From contig NC_134025.1 in NCBI RefSeq assembly GCF_964204645.1, forward strand, positions 18,513,101 through 18,577,100: 64,000 nucleotides of DNA, given 5' to 3'. Both the position numbers and the translations under genes were made by a program. Of the stretch, positions 25,445 through 38,522 are shown one piece after another. Source of the stretch: Tubulanus polymorphus (taxonomy: Eukaryota; Animalia; Nemertea). Numbering within the stretch: position 1 is the first letter of the stretch; every line of letters starts with the position of its first letter. The notes beneath the pieces are model-generated. The model was not told the DNA's origin and searched no databases. It saw nothing but the letters and a program-made list of their open reading frames with translations.

Positions 25445-27887
25445 AACAAGAGCCCCAAGGGGCACAATGGCCAGCCTGTCAGATTTGCTTTTTATAAATG
25501 ATGTAATCTGTGGGTTATATTTATCAATATACACTCCCTGCTCAATATCATTTACATAGTAAAATCGTGTGTTAACACAGACAGCAGGAACGAATGTAAT
25601 ATAGAAATAAGTTATTGTATTGTTCAACACCCCTGGTGGCCATATACAAAAACCAATGAGCTTGAAACTCACCAAAATCACAGAACAGCTTATAAGCTAC
25701 AACTTTCTAATTTATTGTTTTAACAAAATATGCTTAGGTATCAATATAATGTCGAAACCATGTCATGAGCTACAACTTTCCAATTGATTGTGGTAGCAAA
25801 ATATGCATAGGTACGAATGTATTATAGAAATACTAAGTTATTGTATTGTTCAACGCCCCCTGGTGGCCATAAACAAAAACCAATGAGCTTGAAACTCACC
25901 TCGATCATAGAACATGTCATGAGCTACAACTTTCCAATTGATTATGGTAGCAAAATATGCTTAAGTATCAATTATTATGTGGAAAAACTTTTTTCCCACC
26001 TACGAATGAGTACTGATGACCCCAAGATGGCCGCCAAGTGTGTCATAATTGCCTGGTCAAAAATACCCTCTCTGATATAAAAGATCCCCTCCAAAGAATA
26101 CCCATTACAAATTGCAATGAAACATGGCGCACCATTAGAAAGCTACAGTACTCAGAATTCAGGCCAAAATTGACATTTTTGGGAACAAAAAAGGTCACAG
26201 TACGGCCATCTTGAGTCCGATCGACTTAATTTTTCTCATGCCGATGGGCCCTCGGGGGATACAAATATATACGAATGATCAAGGTTATTGATAAAAGTGT
26301 CTTCAAAATTTCCCTCGAAAACTTCAAAAATGTGTAAAAAGTGCTGATTTTGGCGAACAACAATGGCTGCCAGTCGGCCATCTTGAATCTGAGAGGGCCA
26401 GTTTTTGGCCTGAAGATGTGTCTAGGGTAGATACACGTATAAACCAAATATTAAGACATTACCTTGAAGCGTCTTCAAAACTTTGGAACTCTCACGAACT
26501 ATCTAGATGGTTATCTCTCGACCTCAATAGCTTCAAGACCCATCTCAAAACAACTTTGTTCCATGCAGCATAACATTAACTCTCGGAAAGCGAATTGTAT
26601 TTAACATTTTTTTGGCAGAATAAAATTTGATTGAATTTGCAATTCGGGCACATGGCTAATTAGCATATCAAGGTCATACACCCGATTTGGTAAAATCTTT
26701 TTTTTCGCGAACCTTGCGCAATTGTCAAGGATGAATTTTCTGTAGAGCAAATAAAAATTCCTCCCAAACACCAAATCAACTAAAGATTTCATAGAAATCG
26801 ATCTTGAAATACAATTTTAAATCTTAAAATAAAACCCGGAAGTAAAACAGTAGACGATACCGCGGGTTCACATGAACACCTGATTTCTGTAAACGAAATG
26901 TTGGTTGTGACAAAATTGTTCAGACGGTTTTAGGTGGTAATAAGTACGGAAACGTTACGACCATGGTCGACTTATTCAATGAAATCAGGCCTATGTGATA
27001 TCCAAATTTTGACTTTTTTATTCTCCAGACCTCCCTGATATAGAAATAAAAAATTTTGGTGGTACGAAAGTGCAATCACAGCGCCGACGGCGACAGAGCC
27101 GTGTCAGAGATCGGCGGAGTGAAAATTGAGGTGGACGAACACGAAGAAGTAGGCTATTGCGCTACTTGATTCGCGAAAACTCCTGGCGCGGGCCCGACGC
27201 TTTTCGTTGATTAAGTAATACAAATATCATGCAATGGGTTTTCACAATCTACCGCCGGTATTTACCGGATTTCAATATCACTCCAAAATTCAAAGAAACC
27301 TCGATATATCGAACCGGAACACTTCCGGTAGATATCCGCGCCTGCCCAACCGGGAAACTTATTTGTTTCAATAGATATTGATAGGATCCATCATCTTCAC
27401 CCGTCAAGGGATTCGAACCCACTAAGCTAAAGCCGTGCCAGAATCGGGTCGGGCCAATCACAGCGCTTGTAACAAACCACATTAGGCTTCTGTGGAATTT
27501 CCCAGTAAATGGGCCAATCAGCGAACACGTAGCGAACGCGGAAGTATTGTCGCGTTTTGATACATGACGTCATGCGCAAAAGCGCCAGTAATGACATCGC
27601 GATAATTCACGTGAACAGCTGCTGATATTTTCAGATAAACCAATCACAGGGAAGACACAACTTCCTGATTGGCTGATAAAAATTGAAATTTTCCCGATTT
27701 AACTTTCGTGAAAAATGCAGAAAACATTTTTATGAGACCCTATTTCAAAATTCTGCTCGCTACGATTCCGAGAATGGATTACGCTTAAATACGTGATTTG
27801 TTCGAATATGCCCTCACTTGGCAAGCAAAAGAGCCTTTTGTGTGGAAACCATGTCATTTTAATTCGCTCCATTTGTGTAGTAATAGG
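25445..27887 (-). mobile_element. Chimeric HINE family D, copy 1
   Basis: AACAAGAGCCCCAAGGG end, then family A repeats and core, then unrelated cargo. Near-identical to 50041-52109. A short end fragment also lies at about 20367-20550. Confidence 0.85.
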
Positions 27888-28075
27888 CTCAGCCTACGGC
27901 TGGCCTAAAAATTCTTGCCCACGCATTCATAGCACTATAATGCTCACCACATTGATTAGAGCATTTATAATTGATTAGAAGTCGAATCTGAGGGAGGTTA
28001 CATTTTTTTGTAAAAAATCAAGTGGATAAACAATAATCACGATGATTAAGGTTTAAGGATTGTAAGTTTGTTTAC

Positions 28076-28382
28076 CTGTTCTCCTTGTATCATGTTGAAA
28101 TCTGTTTTCATCACTACTATCTTTGGCAGAAACAAAATCCAAGGCAGTGGACATTATTAGACATCCTGATTTTCTACAGGGTGAAACGGCAGCATTAGTT
28201 TTCACTGAAGAGCTTGATGATACATCTTCGTTGTTCAGAGCGTTTCCCTTACAGCTAAAGGAATTTGAATCCAATATCAGACTTGATTGGAGCGAGTTTG
28301 GCTCTAATCCCAATACTGTAGGTAATAAATAGATCATTAAAATCACTGTTTCAAAATTGGATGCAGTAGTAGACTGCCACAT
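28076..28382 (-). CDS. Repeated exon B (intact): ATG, signal peptide and Ser-rich region
   Basis: Acceptor TTTGTAG/ at 28409, MWQSTTASNFETVILMIYLLPTVLG-LEP, 307 nt of coding sequence and a phase-1 donor GTAAAC. Confidence 0.68.
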
Positions 28383-30522
28383 TCCAGATACAAAAAATAC
28401 CAATATTCCCTACAAATTAAGAATTGTAATAATAGCAAGTGGTGAAATACACTCTCAATAGAATATCGTGAAAAAGCTTTTTTGAATGTATCTACATTCA
28501 CACACTAGAGTGTCAGGAATTGTATCCTACTTGAACTGTTTGCATGACCTATATTATGTAATCGTCTATCAGTACATCTTACTCAATAAATCCGTAGACC
28601 CAATTAGTTATCATACTGAACACACGTCTTCCTTTTTTCCTTTCTCAGCTTCGAACCTTCCTGATTCTATTTTTTTGCCGTGACCAGGATGGCTACAAAT
28701 ATGATCGAAAGGCAGAGGAAGTTAAGAGGAGCCTACCAAGGACTATTGAACAAAGCTGTTTCCGGGGCTGAAGCAGTACTCGTAAAGCCCAGAATTTCAG
28801 AAGATGACGTTGACGAGTTGGAAAACAAGATCGGAATAATTTCAACCAAATTGTGACATACAACAACTGGATAACAGAATAATTGAAATAACCTTAGACG
28901 ATGAGCTGGAACGAACAATCATTGAAGCTGACGATTACAATACGGATATTATTAGCAAAAACTCGTAGCTCAAAAAATTCCTCCAATGGAAACGAATTGA
29001 AGATTTTCCAGGCCCTGATACTTCGGCATTCAAGGTAAGTGAAACTTCCACTCATCGAACATCCAAAACTCAGCATCTACCAAAACTCACTCTCACAAAG
29101 TTTGATGGCAATATACTCACCTGGCAAAGTTTCATTGAGTTTTAATTTGGCCGTCCTTAATGACCAACAACGCGACAATATCGTTAAGTTCCACTACCTC
29201 AGGGGACTGGTTACCAGAGAGGCATTCCGCACGATTGAACGGTTAGTTCTTACCGACGCGAATAACCTGAATGCGTTAGAACTACTCACGACAAGATATA
29301 GTCAACCGCAGAAAATCGTCTGTTCCTATATGAATGCCATGTGGGAGCTCCTGAAACCAGGAGAAAACCTGACGCAATTGAAAAATTCTCCGACAATTTA
29401 GAAATCTACATTTGGGGATCAAACGATTGTCTCGGATCACACTAGGTCAATAATTGCAATTCATGATGGACATGCAGGATATGCAATCAAGGACATTATA
29501 CGCTACTTCGTACCATAAGAGAAGGTCATGGGAACCGGTCGCTGAATCAGCAGAATCCCACCATGGAAGAAGCTAAATTGATAGGGACATCTAGAACAGT
29601 CATTTTAAAAACAGCTGTTGGTTCAATTTTGACAAATCAGGATCAACTATTGTAAATATCCTATTCGATGAAGGAGCACAACGATTCTTCATTTCCCACA
29701 GTGCCGATCGACCTGCATCAGATTGAAAAAGAAACTATATGCGTCAGCATTTGGGGCCAACACATCTGGCGCCAACACATGTGGCATCCAATCCATGGGA
29801 GTGACCTATGTGAAACTGCAAACACCATCAGGAGCTATCGATATATGGGCGCTTATAGTACCTAAGATATCGACGCACATGACAGACTACGTACACAGCA
29901 GCAACGAGCTATTACATATCTATCTCGCACATATTTTCCATCGTCATCAGTGATGACTACCAGTCTCAAGCTGTTAATGAACCCTATCAAAACTTATCAC
30001 ACTACTGGGATCTTGAGACGATAGGTATGTGGCAGACTAGGCTTAACCGAGTCTGTATCCTTTGTCTTGTTTAGTTCGTATCCATTTTTTTTCTGAACCT
30101 GTATTCTTATTCTTTTGAGGTAGAAATAAACATTCGTTGTAATATCTATTGTTCATGTTTATTGGTGGAAATCGGCCCACAAAAGGAAATATCTGATATG
30201 CATTTGTGAATTAGACGAAGAGGCGTTTTGTTACTCTGGTGGCAGCAGTCAGGGATAAATCCCATGAAGATTCAACGCAAAAATTAAAGCTGATTCGAGC
30301 CGGCTCGCTACCAACAAGAGGTAATATCTTGAGAGATTACTTTCTTAGAATAACATTGACATTTCCAATGGTTAGCAATTACAATAACACCATTCGTGGT
30401 TTACAATCCTACGTACTTGCTTTTATAGCAATTGTTTTTATTTGTAATAGTATATATAAGCTGTCAGTTACAATTAGCCTACGGGTAGTGTTAACCTGTT
30501 GACTGGCATACTGAGTAGATAG

Positions 30523-30523
<1 letters not shown>

Positions 30524-30558
<35 letters not shown>
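30524..30558. repeat. (TA)n microsatellite
   Basis: Directly visible. Confidence 0.95.
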
Positions 30559-30561
<3 letters not shown>

Positions 30562-32023
30562 CTATTTTATTTACTTCTACGAACAGAACAGTCAGGAGAG
30601 CTTAGGTCATTTTTCTGATGGGTTGACAGACCTGGTTCGGAGCGCCTACCTCGGGATATGTCCGGACCTTGCAAGAAGGACTGGTCAAGGACAAGTTTAT
30701 GTGTGGAGTGAATTTAGCACCCCATGCTAAGGAGTTGCTCTACGTCTCTCAGCCACTACGCAAGAGGTTGAGTACAGAGGGCGGGAAACAACGCCTTGGT
30801 TCGCTCGAAGGGCAGAGCAAATCCGACAAATTAGAGTGCCCCATCCAGTCCATCAAATATGTACCCCCACACCAAAGGCCAAGTCCAGGGACAAGTCCAA
30901 CTATAGGAGGCCAAAGCGAGGAGATCAAACCGGTTCAAAGTGGTGAATATGAGACATCTGGACACTCTGAAAATGGTTTTTATGTTTCAGGTTTGGTTAA
31001 CACGAGGGCAACAGCATCTTGATCATCCTCTTGATTACTGGGGCCTCAGTAACCGTTCTTAGATCTTCAGAGTGGGAAGCCAGCCTAGGGGCCGTATCCA
31101 TCTGAGACCGAATGGACTGAATAGATGGCCTGCTCGAGAACTTGTCTGGTTCGTCTTGGTTTTAAACATTATTGGCAGGTTCCCATCAAGGGAACCACCA
31201 TGGGAAATGGTCAGGTGGAAAATGCCAACAAATCTTTGAAATCCATGCTCACCATGTCTGTTAACGAGAGCGGTACTAACTGGGACTCTGAAGGCATACC
31301 GCTCAAGCATACAGGAAAAGACCAAGGAAACACCTTTTTTCATCACTTTTGGAGGAAAATGGTGCTGCCCCTGGACATCATGGTCGGGATGCCTGAAGAA
31401 CCAAAGACAGTCACGGTTTTTTTGGAAGAAGTGGTACATAGTTTGAAGAGTGCTCAAGGACGGGTCAAATTAAGTTAAATTAAGTTCCACCAGAAGTGGA
31501 AGGGTCTGTTCCTTGTGACTGAAAGGATATTGGAGGTCACATATCTGGTAGTGCCCGTGGTCAGAAATAGGAAGCCCAAAGTGGTTCACTTCAATGATAT
31601 GAAGCTCTGCTTTGGGTACACTCCCGAGGGTGATGAGGTCAAATGACCAGTCTGGAAATGTAGGAAAACGGAGAGCCTGTACAATCCGCAGAGGTGGAGG
31701 CAAATGACTTGGACTCTTCAAGCAGCCTTGATGATGATGTTGCCGCAATACGGAATCCTCTAGTGTCCCGAAGGGCACGTCGTGGGAACAAAAATGAGGT
31801 TGTCAAAGGCCAGGAGGAGCAAGTAACCATTCTTCCACCTGGAGAACCTTCGCTTGATGTACCAAATGCAGACGAACCTCCGCATAGGTTGCGAGAGTGA
31901 ACATCCAGCCTCCAAAGAGGTATGGTGACTTCAGGTCGTGCCTGGTGACCCAGGTGTGCCGCATGGAACCAACTTGTGGTGTCATAAGAGATACCTACAA
32001 ATATGGCAGATGAAGAGCGTGTT

Positions 32024-35000
32024 CAGTCCTTGCCGTTTAGCGCGAGTGATCACTCCCGCGCGCCATAACTCGCGCAAAATGAAATTAACGGGAGTGGTAT
32101 ACCACCTGCGAAGTTTTAATTTGAGCTGTCAAAACACTCGCGAAGGATGTGGCGACCTCTACTAGCAAGTATGTGAACTGACAACAATTATCAACAGCGT
32201 GGACAATGGCGGCCGACACGATCGTTCGCGTGTCAACATAGAATAAATACGAGATACCCGAGGGTACGATTGTACCGAAAATTGAGAAGATCGATGGAAT
32301 CGACTCTGTCGTAGAGGTAGGCATATCACTTTGATTTGAATGCTAAATGTTACGAATATTGAGTGAAATTTGTAGCGGACATTTTTACAAAAGTTTCTTG
32401 AAATTTTTTAGCGAACTTTTTTCCGTAAAATTTCGTGAAATTTAAGGTCACAATTGAGGATGGTGGATGGCCAGATTTACAACTAGCCTAGGTAGGCCTA
32501 CCTGTACCAGTCACTTCAGTCTTCATGGATAGTCTGTTGTTATTGTTTTGTTAGGTCCTAGAAGACCTGGGCCTACCTACCACTGACATAATTTTTAGGC
32601 ATGGACGTTAAGGAGGCTTTATTTTTATATTTCCAGATCTACTGTAAGCTATGTGCCAGAAATGTTGAGGCCATCAAGAAAGACTGGCGTGTAAAAGAAA
32701 AAATTTTGATGGACTGCGAAAACTATGCCCGTGGCACTACTTCTGTGAGTAATTTCACCATTGGGAGACATTTAGATGGTATGTGCCATAAGATTGCATA
32801 CAAGTGTGAACAATTAAAAGATGATCCCGTCGGCGCTGATACTAGCAAAGCTGCACCCCTTCCTGCTAAGCAGCCCCGCATTGATGTCGAATTAAATAAG
32901 AACTCTCGTGATGCTTATGTTTAATTATTCCAAACGGCCTACCTAGCAGCTTGTGGAGGTATACCCCTCAACCAATTCAAAACTTTAGTTAAAATTCAAA
33001 AAGCTAATGAGGTACAGCTAATATCTGGATGTGAGGACGGCAAGGCTGCTAATAAATTTGCACATGAAATCGCCAAGTGCATGAGAGAAAAACTTGCTGT
33101 TCTCATCACTACTGCCAATGCGTTTTCGATCCTAACAGATGGAAGCCAGGCCAAAAAAACAGGACGAGAGAAGGAACTAGTAATGGTGAGGTTAGTTCGA
33201 TGTGGAATGCCAGTGTACTTTGTTGTTGGACTGATTGACATGGACCAATATGGGAATGCTAATAGTGAGAATTTAAAAACTGGAATGGATGACTTGTTCT
33301 TGAAAAACATTAAAATTACAGAGGATGTATACAAGGGGCTAATGTAAATACTGGACAATACAACGGTCTCTTGACCAAATTACGTGATGATGATCGGCCG
33401 CGGTTGGTACAGTTCATTGCATTTCACACAGACTTGAACTTTCGATCAAAGATTCACTCATGAGTGTAAACGAGTTCAAAGAAATAAAAGACTTCATGAT
33501 CCTGTTATTTTACTTGTTCAAGAATAGTGGCAAGCTAAAACGAAAGTTCAAATCCTTAGGTGATGCATTGAATTTTACGGTCTATGGGACCCCAAAGGTT
33601 CATGGCACCCGTTTCGTTAATCATATAAGTTCAGGCTTGTCCAGTCTGATCAATAATTGGCCAGTTCTTGTTCAGTTTCTTGAAGATGCCATTAGTAGTC
33701 CTGATGTAACACAGATCAAACCTAAACTTGAAGGCATTCTTAGAAAGCTCTCCAATTTCCAGTTCCTTTGTCGTTGCTGCTTCTATAAAGTCCTACTGGA
33801 CAAAATCTCTGTTCTGTCACTTACCTTGGAGAGAAGTACTCTCTCATTGTCTGATCTCCCATTTCTCTTGCATAACACTATCGAAACTATCAATGAATTG
33901 TCGAAAAAAGATCTTGATTTCTTTTTGGGTGAATGTAAGATTGGAATTGACTCTGAACTAGATCAAGTTGTATGGGACATATTAGCCAAGGGAGACATGA
34001 GAAAGAAGGAAGAGAAACAACAAACTATGCTTGTTGGTATGAAAACCAATGATTTCAAGTACTATAATGTAGAAAATGCCAAATCACGCATAGATAATAT
34101 GAAAAAGATTGTAATCGCCAAAGTAAACGAGTGTCTTAAGAAAAGGTTCTCGGGTCATGATAATTTGACCAAGGATATGTCATTTTTGGATCCAGCAAAT
34201 TGGACTGGTTCAGAATTGGAAGCTATGGTAAGATTGGCTGCTGTGTTTGAGATCCCACTCCAGAGTGGAGACTTTTCATTACCCATGATGAAAAAAAAAT
34301 GACCTCATTTCAAAAGATTGGTGAACTATTTTTATAGAGGGGTCAAAAGAAACAAACTTTGGAAGATAATCTTTGAATATAAATACAAAGAATGCCCCAA
34401 TATCTGTAAACTTGTCAGTGTCCTTAGGTGCATGGGACCAAGTAATAGTGTTGTTGAAAGTGGTTTCAGCATTTTGAATTGCAAGTTGAATGACCGCCGA
34501 TTATCAATAAGTACTCCCGGTCTGGTAAGGAGGTTGATGGTATTATTCAAAATGCAGTCGATAACTATATGGCAACGAAACGTAAGCTGTTGGTATCTAA
34601 GAGAACTGACTTTAGCTAAGTTTGTGCCCAGCTCCCTGCTTCTAGAAAGTCCAAGAACAAAGATGATGATGAAATAATTACAAATTACTATTATAATATT
34701 GAATCTGATGATGAGGATGATGTGGTAACGGAGAATAATTTGGAAGTTGTATGTGATGAGGATAATGACATGTCCTCTGGTGATGATGATCATTATTCTT
34801 CTTCAGACTCTGAAGCTGAGGAAATATGGGACAATTTCAACTGAAAACTTTGACCTAAGTTGTTGTAAACTCATATACATGTTCTGGTACTATGTTAATG
34901 ACCCTGGCTATGTTTTATTAGGACGACGAACTTTGTAAATATGTTTCATTTGTTTTGATTTAATAAATAAAAGTAAAAAACAAGTTCTTTCTATGAAAAA

Positions 35001-35134
35001 CACATTTATTTATAGTCTATAATCTTTTATAAGGAAGTTTTAATATAATTTAAAAATCACTCGCGAAAGCACTTATGGGTGTGATTTGCGAGAGTGGTAT
35101 ATCACTCCCGACCAATCTGAGACGGCAAGGACTT
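32024..35134 (+). mobile_element. hAT DNA transposon nested in Gypsy
   Basis: TIR CAGTCCTTGCCGT / ACGGCAAGGACT, subterminal CACTCSCG repeats, and an enclosed transposase. Confidence 0.9.
32601..34560 (+). pseudogene. hAT transposase (ZNF862-like), disrupted
   Basis: Motifs FSILTDGSQ (D), HCISHRLEL (CxxH), HGTRFVNH (TRW-like) and SNSVVESGFS (E), with several stops and frameshifts. Confidence 0.9.
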
Positions 35135-35355
35135 GTTTTGGAAAAGGGCAGGAAATTAAGGGAGGCAAAAGCAACACCTTCGTATGGTTAACACTCTAAA
35201 CCCCACAGATACCTATTCATGGTTTTCATTTTTTATTCCGCCAACACCGTACCATAGATTGGACGTCATCTAGCTCGACTAAATGAATGTAAAGACCCGC
35301 AAGCAGAAACAACGCCTGGTCAAGGAGACTCGGAGTTTCATTCAGATCCGCAACC

Positions 35356-36019
35356 ATGCCCAGACACCTGAAAGCTGGTGGACGCCTGCATAAAGCATTT
35401 ATACGACCCCAGTCGTGTAGTGGTGGGAGCCATCATCTGCGGCATCAAAGCATCATTGTTTCGGGACATGGCTGTACCCTGTCGAGATCCAGGTTTCTGT
35501 CTCTGTCGAGGCAACTCAAGTTGATGGTGACCGAATGTGGTGGGTCAGCTCAGGATCTCAACCAGAAGCTGACACACCTCGAAGAACAGGTAGTTGACTG
35601 CACGAGGCAGCAACCCATCCTGCGACTCAATGTTCAAGGGCTGGAAGTCAGCACTCATGTTACCTGTTTGGCCGTTGTGTTCAACCACGGTGTTAATGAC
35701 ATCCGGGGTTATGGGGAGACCACCGAGCGCCTATACCAGTTATGACCTACTGGCCAAACCATATTCCGGTATTCCTCTTTTTCACTTAGAAATCCTGAGG
35801 TTGTCTCCTGTTATAAGTAATGTCGGGGAACTCATTCATCAGAAGGACCGCATAAATGTCCACACGGTAAGGGCAGGTTTTACCCAGATCGACCACCCTG
35901 ACCTGAATAACAATGACTTCGTGGGTATACACCATCGCAGGAAGGCCATGGAGATTGTAGTCGACCATGTCATCAGGAAGGCTCAGTTAGATGGGACGTG
36001 GTACCCCAACCACATCTAA
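35356..36019 (+). pseudogene. SGNH/GDSL esterase-like extra ORF of the Gypsy element
   Basis: Across frameshifts: VVVG-AIICGI (decayed GDS block), VVFNHGVNDI (GxND) and DFVGIH (DxxH-like). Confidence 0.55.
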
Positions 36020-36585
36020 TCTGGCTCAATTGGAATTGCGTTGGGGTGCATCGGACACCTGCTAATGGTACCCCGCAGCATTCTGCTTGCTACCAAGTTG
36101 CCCTGCCGCACCGGAGCGCTTCAAACATCTTTTAATCATAACCTGTTGCGTCTTACCTTCGCACATTGGGATTGGTATACCCCTTGTGGTTGCATCCATG
36201 GGAACTTCTCTTAATGAGGTGGTAGTGTGGTGGTCTAGGCTTAACTAAGTCAGTATCCTTTGTTTTGTTTCGCCCATATCCATTTTTGATGTAAACCTGT
36301 GACACCGGAACCGGTCTCTTATTCTCTTGAGGTAGAATAAAGCAGTTGTTGTTCAAGTTAATTGGTGGAAAAGGAGACATCCGATACGTATTTGTGAATT
36401 GAGGTGACGGAGGCAATTTGTCTCAGACTCTTACCTGAATTATCGTACTGAAAAACTGTGCCAGGATGGAGATGGAGATGCCCATCCATCAAATCATGAA
36501 TATATGTATGGAAAAAACTACCCGTATTTGTCGAAAACCGTTGAAAGGAAAATTGGAATGAGAGATTTTGACGATATCAAGTATT

Positions 36586-37184
36586 CAGAGTTGCCACTTA
36601 TGTGAAGCTAAAAATTCGGAAAATAATTCGGGGGGTCCGGGGGACCTGCCCCAGAAAAATTTTTGAAATTAGAACGCCAGGAGATGCGTTCTGGCGCATT
36701 CATTACCGGAAGTGTGAATCAATTTTCACGTCTGTCAATTACAATCCAATGAAAATCTGTCGCTTCAAACTTTCAGTAAGCATTTTCTCAAAGGTTATAC
36801 ATTCACTCACTCCAAGATATGTCAAGATATATATATATCTGTATAGATAATTTTTTGAATAGCGATTGGTTCCGTCAAATACACCTCATATATAAACCAG
36901 AGCCAAAAACCAACGAAGCGTAAGTCGATTTCGATCGTCGCGTCATCTTGGTTTAATCGTGTACTGCGGGGTTGTTGCCACTACGTGGCAGCACAATACG
37001 GCTTTTTCGAACCCTCTACGGAGCGGTTACGTTTTGATGTTTTGGGTCGAATCCCGAATTGATTTTATTTTTTTCGCAATGTTTTCTTTTGTGGTTATTT
37101 GACTTCTCCCGAAAATCCGGAAATGAAAATTGGATTTTTTAAAAATCCGGAATTCCGGAGAAATCCGGTAAAGTGGCAACTCTG
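36586..37184. mobile_element. hAT-like MITE with 14-bp TIR and 6-bp TSD
   Basis: CAGAGTTGCCACTT...AAGTGGCAACTCTG flanked by AGTATT on both sides. Interrupts BEL pol. Confidence 0.92.
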
Positions 37185-37894
37185 AGTATTGTTACACATA
37201 GGACAACCCAGCCGATTTACTCACACGTGGAGTAAAAGCAACCAAACTTCAAAATTCTGATTTGTGGTCGAACGGTCCGCATTGGCTTCCGAATGGCCAT
37301 TGGTCATGGTATGAGATGTTTAATGAGCCTATTATGCATTTAACGCATCAAGAAATGTTTTTATGAAACGTTCAAGGAAAAACATCAATGTAAAATTTAG
37401 TCCTAGATCCAGAAAAAAAAACTTTTGAAAAGTGGATATTTGTGGGATTTGAAGCTGATCCGCGCATCTCAGAGAGAGGCTGCCTTATTTGTTCCAGATG
37501 AGTGCTAGGAGAGGCCTACGCCTGGATGAAAGTGGCTGCGAAAAAGATGCTTAGAAAGGGCCATAAAATAGGAATAACTCTATCCGTCCAACCATCGCTG
37601 CACATTTTTGATGATAATCTATTATGTTGAATTATGTTGTCATTAATAATATCTAGGTATAAGTATTGAATATGTATGACTTAACTAATCATTGTCCACT
37701 AGATATCCACCATGCAGGTGAAGGAGGAAATATTGCTGATATGTTTTTAAAATGTTTTTCACGTTTCTTATTTCTTGTTTATCATTATTTCTATCACAAG
37801 TATCATTAGTATCATTTTGTTCTTAAAATTGTAACAGTTTTTTTTTCTACATAATGGTCTTTTCAATGTTAAATATTTATAATCTTGCTATTAA

Positions 37895-38165
37895 CCCTTA
37901 CAGTGCGTCTACACCACAGTGCGGTGTATAAATCGGTGATGGATTTTGCTAGTACACTGAACTGTGGTGTATTGATGTAATAAGTAATTAGTTTTTATCT
38001 CTATTGAAAGATGGCAGCACCTGTCAAACATAGTTAAATATTAGTAACTAACGATCCATCGTGCCGCGGTGTATACACACTATAGTGGTATTCCCGTTAT
38101 TCAGCACACTAGGTTGAAATTTTTCTTCAGCACTATAGGGTATTATCAAGTCAGCACTGAATGGG
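37895..38165. mobile_element. piggyBac-type MITE
   Basis: TTAA-CCCTTACAGTGC...GCACTGAATGGG-TTAA. Confidence 0.9.
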
Positions 38166-38522
38166 TTAATGTCAATTTTGATCTTCGCAAAATAACTTAT
38201 TGTAACATTTTCATTGGAATAAAGCTCTATCTACATATATAAAAGACAGGTTTTTTCAAGGTTTCATTAATGTTTTGTAAAAAGGTTTGTGAAACGTTAA
38301 AAAGTGATTAGAATTACATTTCAGAAACGTTTCAATAGAACGTTTCCAATACAAAACCGATACGTGTTTTGAAACTTTTCTTGAATATATTTGTGTTGGC
38401 TGGCAAGTCTCTCTTATCTTCCTAAATCCCTAATCATTTTGAGTGATTATCCGAACACATTCATTCTCGAACAACAGAGAAAAAAGATGGCGGATATCAA
38501 AATTTCTTTTGGTGGAACAATA

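Larger units (their letters stand above)
30028..36425 (+). mobile_element. Ty3/Gypsy LTR retrotransposon, internally deleted
   Basis: Diverged ~200-bp LTRs at 30028 and 36226 (TGTGG..CTAGGCTTAAC), PBS TGGTGGCAGC at 30237 and a purine tract before the 3' LTR. Gag, protease (ITGASVT) and integrase (GNGQVENANKSLKSML) remnants. Confidence 0.85.
28511..37340 (+). mobile_element. Decayed BEL/Pao element (5' LTR remnant, PBS, gag, protease, RNase H), interrupted by Gypsy and a MITE
   Basis: TG start at 28511 where homology to 39880-39901 stops. PBS TGCCGTGACCAGGAT (tRNA-His type) at 28676. Motifs VKLP..KFHYLRG (gag), ILFDEGAQ (protease) and YWDLETIG; pol resumes with LPVFVENR and NPADLLTRG..LW.NGP.WL. 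Confidence 0.85.

Noticed and set aside
34332-34793. 153-aa minus-strand ORF
   Set aside because: Antisense shadow of the acidic GAT-rich tail of the hAT transposase.
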